Shown here: one piece after another, positions 1 to 9,685 of the stretch
Numbering within the stretch: the stretch's first letter is position 1
Layout of the letters: each line of letters opens with the position of its first letter
Origin: a virus
Taxonomy: Duplodnaviria; Caudoviricetes
DNA length: 47,062 nucleotides
Reading direction: 5' to 3' (one strand)
IMG/VR virus record: IMGVR_UViG_3300044267_004763
Span: 1 to 47,062 of that record
Position numbers and translations under genes: made by a program
Notes under the pieces: generated by a model
Databases searched by the model: none
The model's input: the letters and a program-made list of their open reading frames with translations, nothing else
What the model was told of the DNA's origin: nothing

Positions 1-186
1 TCCTGCTATATTCGCATTTTCAGTAGCATCTGGAACTACAGGAATAGATCTATCATTATCAGTATTTCTAAACAGTTCGGATGCATTTACATATCCAGAT
101 GTCCTACCAGTAAAAGTATCTCTTAGAACACTGAATTTAATCTCACCACTCGTAAAATGAGCAGTTGCAGTTTTTGTAACAGTCAT
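1..186 (-). CDS. 5' part of a virion-cluster protein, runs off the window edge (MTVTKTATAHFTSGEIKFSVLRDTF...VPDATENANIAG)
   Basis: Hand-translated: ATG at 186, 3 nt after the upstream stop, open to base 1; not in the ORF track. Confidence 0.75.
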   Translation of the reverse strand, partial: MTVTKTATAHFTSGEIKFSVLRDTFTGRTSGYVNASELFRNTDNDRSIPVVPDATENANIAG

Positions 187-189
187 ATC

Positions 190-2214
190 TTAACTTAGAG
201 TAAGAGTAGCAGTTTTAGTACCAACAGTAAATGTTAATGTGGTACCCGATACAGTAATCTTTACAGGATTAGTATCATCTGGACTACTAATAAATCCACC
301 TGTCGCAGTCACTATACCACTAACATTAACACCAGTAGATGTGATTGTAGTAACACCTACAATCGTAACACCTGTTCCAACAACGGTTAATATATCAGTA
401 TGATCGTGCTGTAATGTTACACCTTCACTATTTACTCCTTCTTTTGACCATCCACTGAGTCTGTTCACCTTCATGTTACCACGAACAGAAAGAGGGAACT
501 CCGAATCTACTTTATTGGTATTAATACCAACTCCAGTATCAGGGAATACTGCTCCACCCTGTATCTCAGCTTTAGCACCAGCAGTAACCGTATAAGTACC
601 AATACCAAGAGTATTACTAGAACCGCCAACAATATGAAGACCACCAACGGTACTTATTCCTGTCGAATTAATATTGGATGTAATAGGATTCTGTAATGTG
701 AAACTTCCTGTAATAACACCTTCACAATTTATATTACTCTTTACATTTAAATTTGCACCAAACCATGCGTTACCTGTAATAGTGGAACTACCACCAACAT
801 GTAATGGATGTATAGGGTCTTCTTGGTTAATACCCAAACTACCACCAATACCAGTAAGAGTCATTAAGTTTTTAGTAGTTCTCCTAGTCCACTTAAAGTC
901 TCCAGTATTAATACCAGCAATAGGGCCAGAATGTAATCCAAAAACAAAATCACCTATATCATTATTAAGAACTTCAAAAGTTCTATCGGAAGATCCAAAT
1001 CTTAATATACCTGTACTCTTACCAACTCCTACTGATTGACCAATACTTACGGTTGAAATACCACTACTCTTAACAACCTCATTATAACCACCATCAAGAT
1101 ATAATGTATCACCTTCTATTGCATTATGGAATGTGGATACACCTACTACAGTAAGACCTGCACCAATTTTTGCATTACCAGTTAGGAATATATTTCTCCA
1201 ATAATACATGGATTGGAATCCATCCCAACCTATATCCCATTGTGGAACTTGACTATCATCAGGATTAGGTATCAACCTAGAATTTATAGCACCACCAACA
1301 ACTATTTTATCAGCAAGAGTATCACCAAGATATACATGCTTTTTAAATGTAGCTAGACCAACAACAGATAAATCTTCACTAATATTAACTGTATCACTAA
1401 ACGTAGAAACACCAGTTACAGTCAAACCAGTATTAAATCCTACATGTTGCTCAAAACTAGAAGTTTTTGTTACTGCTAATTCTTCGGTTCTTAATGTTCC
1501 AATAACATCTAAAGGTTGACCAGGTACTGTAGTTCCTATACCAACATAGCCGTCTGGGTTAATGCGAAGTTTTTCAGTATAAGTATCATCTGTATTTCTT
1601 GATTGAATTATAAGACTACCTTTTCTAGCAGTAGCTTCACTAACACAAGCAATATTATAAACTGCTTCTTGTTGAGCAGTATTTAATGAACTTAATGTTA
1701 GTCCTGCAAATGTATCATTTTTTGTCTTATCAACATTGTATATTTGTACAAGATTAGTAATATTTGCATTTGGGGTATAAGAAGCAGTATCATTATGCCA
1801 TACCTGTAATTTAGTTTCAGGATTTGTGGTTCCTATACCAACCGAAGATGTAGTACCAGCTAAACCAGCATTAATTTCCCATCCAGAAACAGCTATGGAT
1901 GTTACATTATCTAATGTACTACCATCACCATAAAACTTAGCAGCAGTTATTATACCCGAACTCGCTTCAATATCAATATTAGAACCAATCGTAACATTAT
2001 TAAAGGTAGACATTCCACTCACATATGCCTGTGTGGAAGTAACCAGTCCAGTTATATTTACATCACCTCGAAGTTTTGACCCTCCATACAAATCAAATGT
2101 GGCAGTTGGAATGGAAGTTCCAATTCCTACTGCTCCAGATGCGTTGACGATAAAATTATCACTATCAACTTGTACACCATTCCTGAAGTTAAATGACTTA
2201 TTATAATTTGCCAT
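190..2214 (-). CDS. Tail-fibre-like virion structural protein (674 aa)
   Basis: GIGT/GVSTF/GIVTAT fibre repeats, EKLRI motif, cyanophage-type N-terminus KSFNFRNGVQVD; late promoter upstream. Confidence 0.75.
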   Translation of the reverse strand: MANYNKSFNFRNGVQVDSDNFIVNASGAVGIGTSIPTATFDLYGGSKLRGDVNITGLVTSTQAYVSGMSTFNNVTIGSNIDIEASSGIITAAKFYGDGSTLDNVTSIAVSGWEINAGLAGTTSSVGIGTTNPETKLQVWHNDTASYTPNANITNLVQIYNVDKTKNDTFAGLTLSSLNTAQQEAVYNIACVSEATARKGSLIIQSRNTDDTYTEKLRINPDGYVGIGTTVPGQPLDVIGTLRTEELAVTKTSSFEQHVGFNTGLTVTGVSTFSDTVNISEDLSVVGLATFKKHVYLGDTLADKIVVGGAINSRLIPNPDDSQVPQWDIGWDGFQSMYYWRNIFLTGNAKIGAGLTVVGVSTFHNAIEGDTLYLDGGYNEVVKSSGISTVSIGQSVGVGKSTGILRFGSSDRTFEVLNNDIGDFVFGLHSGPIAGINTGDFKWTRRTTKNLMTLTGIGGSLGINQEDPIHPLHVGGSSTITGNAWFGANLNVKSNINCEGVITGSFTLQNPITSNINSTGISTVGGLHIVGGSSNTLGIGTYTVTAGAKAEIQGGAVFPDTGVGINTNKVDSEFPLSVRGNMKVNRLSGWSKEGVNSEGVTLQHDHTDILTVVGTGVTIVGVTTITSTGVNVSGIVTATGGFISSPDDTNPVKITVSGTTLTFTVGTKTATLTLS

Positions 2215-2232
2215 TGAAGCCTACATTTTTAG

Positions 2233-5200
2233 TTATTTATCTGATAATTTTTGTTCAAGGTTATCAACCTTCGCAGACAATTCTTTAATTGCCTCAATAA
2301 GAACGGGAACCAATTTCTCGTATCTTACTGCCTTAAATCCATCCTCTCGTGTAGTAGTCACTCCAGGAAGACCAAGTGCCTCAATTTCTTGTGCTATAAC
2401 ACCAGTATCACCCTTACCTTCATATTGAGATGATCCATTCCAATTAAATGTGTTACCACTAATTGATTTAACTTTATCTAATGCTTGTTTGATTGGTGAA
2501 ATGTTATCCTTCAATCTCTTATCAGAAGAAGAATATGCAATAATATCATTAGTAACATCTAATTTACCATGAATTTTAGCACCACCTGGAAGACTAGATG
2601 CTGCCTTTGGAGCAATCAATTCAAGTCTTAATCCAATTCCACCCAGACCACCAGCAGTATTATTAGGATAATCATCCCGATCTGCAATAGTATAGAAATG
2701 TAAATCTCCTGCATTACCTACTTTCTCAGTCCAAGTTCCACTAACCTGCATTTGGATACGAGCATCCATATCAGCAACAAATGCAGATCCTCCCTCAGAT
2801 ACTGGTAACCTCTCACTAAAATCAAGATAAGGGCCACCAACAGTCTCACTTTGATCTGATCTTACTAATTCAAGTCCACCATCAGTATTTAACTGCTCAT
2901 AATTTCTATCGTCACTATCAACTTTAGTACTAAAATTAGTTGCCGTAACAGTACCTGGAGATGTAATATTACCAGCAAAGAGTGTACCAACAATACCAGC
3001 ACCACCAGTAACTTGTAAAGCACCTGATGATGTACTGCTTGATGCAGTAGGTGAATTAATTTTTAAATCTGTAGATAAATCTACACCACCATTAAATCTA
3101 GCATTGTTATTAAATGTTACTGGGCCGTCAAACTTAGATGGAATGTCTGTACCATCACCACCCTCAACAACTATTCTTTCCTTAACAGTAACTTCATCAA
3201 ATATAGCACTCAATCTTGAAGGAGTCTCTCCTGTTACTGTTGGAATTGGAGTATCAAAAGTAGTCTCTTCACCAGTAGCAGATGATTTCTTCAAGTTTCC
3301 AATATAGAAATCACCTTTATTATTCATACCAGTATATACAACTATACCACCAGCCTTCTCTTGAGACTGAACCAAGAATTCTTCTCTATCTGTGAGGGTT
3401 CTGTCTTGAACCTGTGGTAATGCTGTTGAATAGTTACCAGGCCCATAACCAAGATATTCAAATGTATGACCTGATGCACGTAATATAGAAGGTCTATGAA
3501 ACTCAATAGGAAGAGGTTTTATTGCTTTAACTAATGAACCATTTAAATGTGCAACTGAATTAGTTGCTAATGCTCCTCTAATTACCTTTAATATATTATT
3601 AGAACCACCTGTTGCAAGAGGACTTGCAATTCTCATAATCTCAGAACCTACTTCAACATAAGAACCATATTGGAATCTTGAAGTAACAATACCAACAACA
3701 TCCAACTGCATAGAAGTTCCATCTGAAGTCATTTCAGCAGAAAGATAAGCATGATTATTTTCAAAGACTGTAGTAGACCTTGCACCAAGATTTTCATTAC
3801 TCTTATCAGATACTTCACCATTCGCAGCATAACCATATTTCAATACAACTGAAACATTTGATAATTCAGTATTGGTTACTGCTTTAAATTTAGTAACACC
3901 ATCTGCACCAGTTGGTACATCACTAACAAGGCCATCAAATATAAGAGTATTACTACTATTCAATACTCTAAAACCATTACCCTTGACTAATCCATGAGCT
4001 TTAGTGGAAGTAAATGTAGTTGTTTTTGTAGTAGCATCAAAAACTTGTGATACACTTAAAGCAGGTGCTGTTGGAAATACATACTGATTTGATATAGTAA
4101 TAACATCTGTTGCTGTCTTAGTAATGGTAATAGATTTATCAGTAGGTACACTTGCTATTTGATAAAATCCACTAGAAGTGGTTCCAATACCAGTAATCTG
4201 AATTCCATTACCAACAGCAGATGAAATACCAGTTTGATGTACTTCAAATCTACCTGCACCATTTCCAGCAATAAATGTCTGATCAAAATATAAATCTGTA
4301 GGAGCATATCCAGAACCATGAGACTGAATTTCAGCACTTTGAATAGCATTACCAACTATACTAACTTTTGCTGTTGCTCCTTTCCATGTAGTTGCTGAAG
4401 GATTAGCACTTCCATCTAAAAGTTTTATATTATAAAATGTACCATTATTATAACTTGCACCAGCAGCATCTATCCTACCAGTTAAAATACCAGCAAATCC
4501 GTGTGGTTTAGCAAAGTTAAGAGTAGCAGATGTTCCACTATCAACAACAGATGAAATAGTAACACCAATTCCTATAACCTTACTAAAGTCATCTAATGCT
4601 TCTCTAGTAATACTCTTTTTAAGATCATTAGTTACAACTTCACCAAGTGGAGATCTTTTAGCAAAAGATGAACTAGCTCTTGGGTTACCCAGAACATTAT
4701 CCCTATCCATTTGTGGATATAAATCCACAATATTTTGACTATAATTATAATCTGTAAATTCTAAAGGTGTCGTTTTATCTGCGGATAATACATAAAGATG
4801 ATATATACCATCTTGAACACCCTCACTATAATTTCTTATAGTTTCACTTCTATAGATGTATAGATTTGATTGTAAATCATTTCTTTCAAATCTAGGCAAA
4901 TCAGTATTTCTAGTTGAGGTATTACTAGTAAAATTAGCACTTACAGTTGGTGATGGTTGATATGTAAACTCCATATCATTAGGAACTGATAATACAGGAT
5001 ATGTTCCATTATATCCACTATTACCAACACCCGTACTATTAGTATTATCCCTTACGTTTTTAATAATAACACTATCACCAATATTTAATTTATGTGGTAA
5101 CTCAGTTCTTACTGTTTTAACAGCACCAGCTCCACCACAGGTACTAATAAATCCAGGATTTCTCTTAAATTCATAATCATCAACTGTTAAATCTGTTGAT

Positions 5201-7743
5201 AAAGTAAAGTCAAGTAAATTTCTAGCACCTGTTGTGCTTGACTCTTGAATTACAAATCCATTTTCTGGATTTTTTGCATTTTTAAGTTCTTTTGGAATAA
5301 CAACTCTAAGTTTATAAACCTTTTCATCTAAACTTCTAGTATCAGCCTTTCTTTTAATATAGGTATTATTTGTAGTGTGATCAACAAAGTTTGCCTTTAA
5401 ATTATTGTAAATGTTATTATCAGCACCAACAGTATTTACATACCACTGTTTAACCTCAACACCGTTATAAGTTGAATCATCCCATTGAACTGGGTGTTTT
5501 GCTTCTCCAGCCTCTTTATCAGTAACTCTCGAAACAATTTTTAAATTCGTTCCACCAGAAACTGTAATTATTTTTCCACTTGTAGAATCAGACTCAGAAG
5601 CTGCTAATTTAATTTTATCAGTACCTTCTTTTATTACATAATATACAGTATCAGTTTCAATATTTTCAGGTAAGTCACCATCATCACTAATAACAATTAC
5701 CTTTTCACCTGCCTCTAAATTATTTGTTCCGATTGTAAATTCATTAGATGCAGCAGTGGGTGAAGTTGTTACAACATATTCCTTAGAATTCGACACATTA
5801 TATGTCGGCATCACTATTGGAGATGTATAAGTAACAATACCAGTAGCACCTCCTTTATCAATCTCAACACTTAATAACTCACCACTTTTTGCTCCTGGTT
5901 TGAATCCTTGAATTGATATTGGTGGTTTATTATCTTTAGATTTATATGTGGCAAAATATAATCTACTTGTATTACCTACTACACTAACCGTAGTGGTTGT
6001 ATCAATACCTACCCACTGCAATTCATCTTCATCAGTTTCTATTTGTCTTGGTGAAATAATAGAGGTTATAAATGCTTTATTATCTTTCTCAAATGCTTCC
6101 TTTTTAAATCCATCAGCAACCAATGATAACTGACCAAAGTTTGAGTTTGAGTTTGTGATAGAAGCATCAGCACCAGTATCACCAAAGAAATGTCTTGCAT
6201 ACCCAATAGCAAATACAGAAACTATTTGAAGTATTGCATCATTAGTTATAGTAATATGAGTTGATTCCCATCCTTGTCTATAAATTGCTCCAGAGTCTAA
6301 ATGATATGCAGTACCATCTGCAGTATTTGAAGATCCACTAGAAAGAGTAGATGCATCTGACTGTTCTATTGAAGTACCACTATAGGATCTAGAATCACTA
6401 TCATATTTTACAAAAGCACGATCATCTTTTTGAAGTGAGACACCAGTAAATTGTGCAACAACCATAGATTTAAATCCAGTTGCATTATTACCATTTGCCT
6501 TCATACCATTCATACCATAAACTGAACGTAATGAACAGTTAAAGATATATGGAGATGCACCTTGTACAGTATCAGTTTCTACGGTTACATTACCACCAAA
6601 ATCTTCTGCATCTCCTACTCCATCACCTAATGCATCCGTACTAGCACCCGGTAAAGAATATGTGAATACTTTATCATCAGTGTTACTTATAGTTAAAACA
6701 ATAGAAGATGCATTAAATGCTGATGGATTAACTCCACGTATCTTAATTGGAGTACCAACTTGAAGTCCATGAGGTGTTTTAGTAGTAACAGTAACAATAG
6801 GTGTTACACCACCAGCATCACCAGCTTGAATATCATCAATTAATATTGGATCAGTATCAAAAGCACCAACGATTTCATATTCTTCTCTTCGTTTTTCAAA
6901 AGCAAGAGGATTTGTTGGCCATTTCTCTGATGATTTTATCTCTCTTGTTGATGCTCCCTCATTATATGCGTTACCAATTTTCGCATAGTACATATCAAGA
7001 TCAGTTAGATCATACCTCTGATCTTTATATACAGCCTTATTAACACCATCCGCATATTCAAATACTGTTAGTTTATGGTGAGAGAATGTGGGTGTTGCTT
7101 TTTTACTAATTGTAAAATCATCTGGATTTGTATATACCTCCTCCAAATCATTTCCATCAAAAATAGAGAATTGCCAAAAATAACAACCACCAGTTACTCT
7201 AAAGATAGCAGATCTTGGTACTTCTACATCAGAATATGTTGGGTTTGGTACATACTTTGGACGTAATTTTGTCTTTCTTAAATCTAATCCAACTACAGAA
7301 GTTCCTCTTGGAACTACAACACCACCATGAATACTATTGAATTTATAAAGTATATTATCGTTTTGTGTTATATCAAACTTTGAATTTAAATCTAAATTTA
7401 ATTCAGTTCCTGCTGCAACATCAGATCCACTTCCACCTTGATGTGGTCTTCTAACTTTCGCAGTACCACCACTATTGTATATTGCTAATCCTGGCCTATT
7501 ATCTATAACATGGTCTCCAGGCATTAAAAGAATAGTAGTTTTTTCTACTAAATCATTACTTCTCCCTTTAATGTATGAAAATCTCGCAGACTCAATTAAT
7601 GCTCTTTGAAGAGTCTTAAATGGTCTAGCAAGAGAATTACCTTCATTACTAATACTATCTGTAGAGTCTAAGTCATCTGGACTCACATAAAGAATACGAC
7701 CTTCAGTATTCTTGATAAAATTATCTAATTTATTCAGTGGCAT
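2233..7743 (-). CDS. Large virion structural/tailspike-like protein (1836 aa) with C-terminal intramolecular chaperone (peptidase S74) domain
   Basis: C-terminal SSDKRLKDNI...FNW...GVIAQEIE...VRYEKLVPVLIEAIKEL coiled coil; N-terminal ILYVSP...PFKTLQRA and SPYIFNCS motifs of cyanophage virion proteins. Confidence 0.8.
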   Translation of the reverse strand: MPLNKLDNFIKNTEGRILYVSPDDLDSTDSISNEGNSLARPFKTLQRALIESARFSYIKGRSNDLVEKTTILLMPGDHVIDNRPGLAIYNSGGTAKVRRPHQGGSGSDVAAGTELNLDLNSKFDITQNDNILYKFNSIHGGVVVPRGTSVVGLDLRKTKLRPKYVPNPTYSDVEVPRSAIFRVTGGCYFWQFSIFDGNDLEEVYTNPDDFTISKKATPTFSHHKLTVFEYADGVNKAVYKDQRYDLTDLDMYYAKIGNAYNEGASTREIKSSEKWPTNPLAFEKRREEYEIVGAFDTDPILIDDIQAGDAGGVTPIVTVTTKTPHGLQVGTPIKIRGVNPSAFNASSIVLTISNTDDKVFTYSLPGASTDALGDGVGDAEDFGGNVTVETDTVQGASPYIFNCSLRSVYGMNGMKANGNNATGFKSMVVAQFTGVSLQKDDRAFVKYDSDSRSYSGTSIEQSDASTLSSGSSNTADGTAYHLDSGAIYRQGWESTHITITNDAILQIVSVFAIGYARHFFGDTGADASITNSNSNFGQLSLVADGFKKEAFEKDNKAFITSIISPRQIETDEDELQWVGIDTTTTVSVVGNTSRLYFATYKSKDNKPPISIQGFKPGAKSGELLSVEIDKGGATGIVTYTSPIVMPTYNVSNSKEYVVTTSPTAASNEFTIGTNNLEAGEKVIVISDDGDLPENIETDTVYYVIKEGTDKIKLAASESDSTSGKIITVSGGTNLKIVSRVTDKEAGEAKHPVQWDDSTYNGVEVKQWYVNTVGADNNIYNNLKANFVDHTTNNTYIKRKADTRSLDEKVYKLRVVIPKELKNAKNPENGFVIQESSTTGARNLLDFTLSTDLTVDDYEFKRNPGFISTCGGAGAVKTVRTELPHKLNIGDSVIIKNVRDNTNSTGVGNSGYNGTYPVLSVPNDMEFTYQPSPTVSANFTSNTSTRNTDLPRFERNDLQSNLYIYRSETIRNYSEGVQDGIYHLYVLSADKTTPLEFTDYNYSQNIVDLYPQMDRDNVLGNPRASSSFAKRSPLGEVVTNDLKKSITREALDDFSKVIGIGVTISSVVDSGTSATLNFAKPHGFAGILTGRIDAAGASYNNGTFYNIKLLDGSANPSATTWKGATAKVSIVGNAIQSAEIQSHGSGYAPTDLYFDQTFIAGNGAGRFEVHQTGISSAVGNGIQITGIGTTSSGFYQIASVPTDKSITITKTATDVITISNQYVFPTAPALSVSQVFDATTKTTTFTSTKAHGLVKGNGFRVLNSSNTLIFDGLVSDVPTGADGVTKFKAVTNTELSNVSVVLKYGYAANGEVSDKSNENLGARSTTVFENNHAYLSAEMTSDGTSMQLDVVGIVTSRFQYGSYVEVGSEIMRIASPLATGGSNNILKVIRGALATNSVAHLNGSLVKAIKPLPIEFHRPSILRASGHTFEYLGYGPGNYSTALPQVQDRTLTDREEFLVQSQEKAGGIVVYTGMNNKGDFYIGNLKKSSATGEETTFDTPIPTVTGETPSRLSAIFDEVTVKERIVVEGGDGTDIPSKFDGPVTFNNNARFNGGVDLSTDLKINSPTASSSTSSGALQVTGGAGIVGTLFAGNITSPGTVTATNFSTKVDSDDRNYEQLNTDGGLELVRSDQSETVGGPYLDFSERLPVSEGGSAFVADMDARIQMQVSGTWTEKVGNAGDLHFYTIADRDDYPNNTAGGLGGIGLRLELIAPKAASSLPGGAKIHGKLDVTNDIIAYSSSDKRLKDNISPIKQALDKVKSISGNTFNWNGSSQYEGKGDTGVIAQEIEALGLPGVTTTREDGFKAVRYEKLVPVLIEAIKELSAKVDNLEQKLSDK
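2234..2240 (-). promoter_or_regulatory. T4-type late promoter (ATAAATA)
   Basis: TAAATA core overlapping the upstream stop, about 20 nt before ATG 2214. Confidence 0.6.
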
Positions 7744-7776
7744 GAGATTATGACTACTAAAATTATTGCTATATCT

Positions 7777-7783
7777 TATTTAG
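7777..7783 (-). promoter_or_regulatory. T4-type late promoter (CTAAATA)
   Basis: TAAATA core about 34 nt before ATG 7743. Confidence 0.6.
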
Positions 7784-8094
7784 TTAGCCAGATCTTCCTC
7801 AATTTCAGCATCGTCTGGAAGGTCTTCAGGATTCTCTAAATCCATATCAAATATTAGAGGATGCATCTGTTCTTCTAACAAATAAGTATAATAATTATAC
7901 AAATCTTCAGTGTTATACTTCTTTTCGTAATCTGCAATAATCTTAATCATTGGTAAATCTTCTTCAGTCTGATTAAGATCTTCTAATTCATCATGTGTAA
8001 ATGGAATTCCATTAATAAAATACATTAAAACAATTCTTTCATGTTTGTTAGTCCAATCACTATACCAACAATAAGTAGAATCTATAACATACAT
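7780..8094 (-). CDS. Acidic hypothetical protein (104 aa)
   Basis: ORF tightly packed in operon; resembles cyanophage conserved hypotheticals (MYFINGIPFT). Confidence 0.75.
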   Translation of the reverse strand: MYVIDSTYCWYSDWTNKHERIVLMYFINGIPFTHDELEDLNQTEEDLPMIKIIADYEKKYNTEDLYNYYTYLLEEQMHPLIFDMDLENPEDLPDDAEIEEDLAN

Positions 8095-8097
8095 TAT

Positions 8098-8220
8098 TCA
8101 TGGCCCATCATTATGTGTAGTATGTATTCTAATTATCTCATCATCTTCATCGTTCTCTTCAATCAACTCTTTTCTATAGTCATCATGTAACCTTTTTAAA
8201 GGTATAAGATCCTTTTCCAC
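8098..8220 (-). CDS. Small acidic hypothetical protein (40 aa, GTG start: VEKDLIPLKRLHDDYRKELIEENDEDDEIIRIHTTHNDGP)
   Basis: Hand-translated; fills the gap between two genes, stop 3 nt before the next ATG. Confidence 0.55.
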   Translation of the reverse strand: MEKDLIPLKRLHDDYRKELIEENDEDDEIIRIHTTHNDGP

Positions 8221-8233
8221 AATTCACTCTGCA

Positions 8234-8428
8234 TTACTCTCCGATATTTATACTATCATATCTTATCTGATCTTCTTCTAACCTATCCGTACAAACTTTT
8301 AATACTCTCATGAATTGTTCGGTATTATCACAGGTTACGACTCTTTCTTGTCCTTCATCACTTAAAAGTAAAAAAGTACGAGAACACAAGTCAATCACGA
8401 CTTCCATCAACGTATCATCATCCATCAT
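8234..8428 (-). CDS. Small hypothetical protein (64 aa)
   Basis: Track ORF 8234-8479 trimmed to ATG 8428 because its 5' part is a promoter. Confidence 0.7.
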   Translation of the reverse strand: MMDDDTLMEVVIDLCSRTFLLLSDEGQERVVTCDNTEQFMRVLKVCTDRLEEDQIRYDSINIGE

Positions 8429-8450
8429 AATAATCTCGTACCATTTTTTA

Positions 8451-8479
8451 ACTATAACACATAATAATAATTTTGTCAA
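8451..8479 (-). promoter_or_regulatory. Sigma70-type (early) promoter
   Basis: TTGACA-17 nt-TATAGT with TGn extension. Confidence 0.7.
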
Positions 8480-9685
8480 TCAAGATTCAGCATTTTTTGG
8501 ATTTGGAATATTAATCAATTTACATTTAGGATCATCACCTACAACATAACCCCATACTCTCCATTGAAGATTTGGATGAATACCTAATAAAGCACCTCCT
8601 GGAGCAACTCCAGCAGTAACAGTAACATTGGTAAATGAATACCCGTCACTCAAATCCGACTGTGGCCCTAGAGTACAATCATTTCTAACGAATTGATAAA
8701 CCTTATGACTATAAGTACCATCAACACATTTAGTATATGATATTAAAAATCCAGAATTTTCAGCTGATTCACGACTAAGAAAAAAAGTAAGGTTTTTTGT
8801 TGGTGATGTTGTTCCTGGAACAGGTGGTATGAATTCTATTACACAGTCACCCCAATCTTCACTTCCTGAAGAACCTCCATTTGATAATAAATTAATATTG
8901 GATGCAATTACTTCATATGAATAGAGAAATCTATTATTAAAAAGATTACCATTATCACTATCACTTATAATATTACAATACATATATTTTTTTTCACCAC
9001 TCCAAGGGCCATAACTAGAAGTTTTATTCAGACTCGTTATTTTAATATAATAAGAAGTTGCAGCTGGACTAGATGAATTATCAAGATTATCAAAAAAATC
9101 ATATAAACTATTTCCATTGGCATCAGTCTTATTGATATAAATTCTAGTTTTACTATCACCAACACCAAAATGAAATTTACCAGCACCCTCTGCATTAGTT
9201 GTAGCATCAGTATTATATTCATATTTTGCTAATGTATCAGAATCTACACTATACATATAAGTAAGATTGGTTAATCTTTTCCAATTATTATCAATACCTA
9301 CCCCACCTGAAGATGCAGCTGCATTTCCTGTGGTACCATCACCACCAAAAATATGAGGAACATTTCCAGTTTGATACATAGAAACTGGTTGACCATAAAA
9401 AGCACCGACATTTGTGTATTTCACATCAGTAACTACTGCACTAGAAGGATTTATTCCATAATCATTAAACACAGCCTCATAACATCTCAATATTAAATCA
9501 TCATAGTCACCTGCTAATTCTCCATTATCATTCAAGCAAATTGCTCCTCTATAATTTGCACGAAGACTTGTAATAGTTTTATATGTTAAAACACCAAAAT
9601 TCTGCTCTTGATGTGATTCAGTATAAACAGACTTTTCTGTGGTTCCAACACCGACAGCTGTCGGTGAAGTTATAATAGCAACCAT
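8480..9685 (-). CDS. Hypothetical virion/fibre-associated protein (401 aa)
   Basis: Long ORF coupled (TAATG) to the upstream fibre-like gene; VGVGT motif; aromatic/Asn/Ser-rich. Confidence 0.65.
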   Translation of the reverse strand: MVAIITSPTAVGVGTTEKSVYTESHQEQNFGVLTYKTITSLRANYRGAICLNDNGELAGDYDDLILRCYEAVFNDYGINPSSAVVTDVKYTNVGAFYGQPVSMYQTGNVPHIFGGDGTTGNAAASSGGVGIDNNWKRLTNLTYMYSVDSDTLAKYEYNTDATTNAEGAGKFHFGVGDSKTRIYINKTDANGNSLYDFFDNLDNSSSPAATSYYIKITSLNKTSSYGPWSGEKKYMYCNIISDSDNGNLFNNRFLYSYEVIASNINLLSNGGSSGSEDWGDCVIEFIPPVPGTTSPTKNLTFFLSRESAENSGFLISYTKCVDGTYSHKVYQFVRNDCTLGPQSDLSDGYSFTNVTVTAGVAPGGALLGIHPNLQWRVWGYVVGDDPKCKLINIPNPKNAES

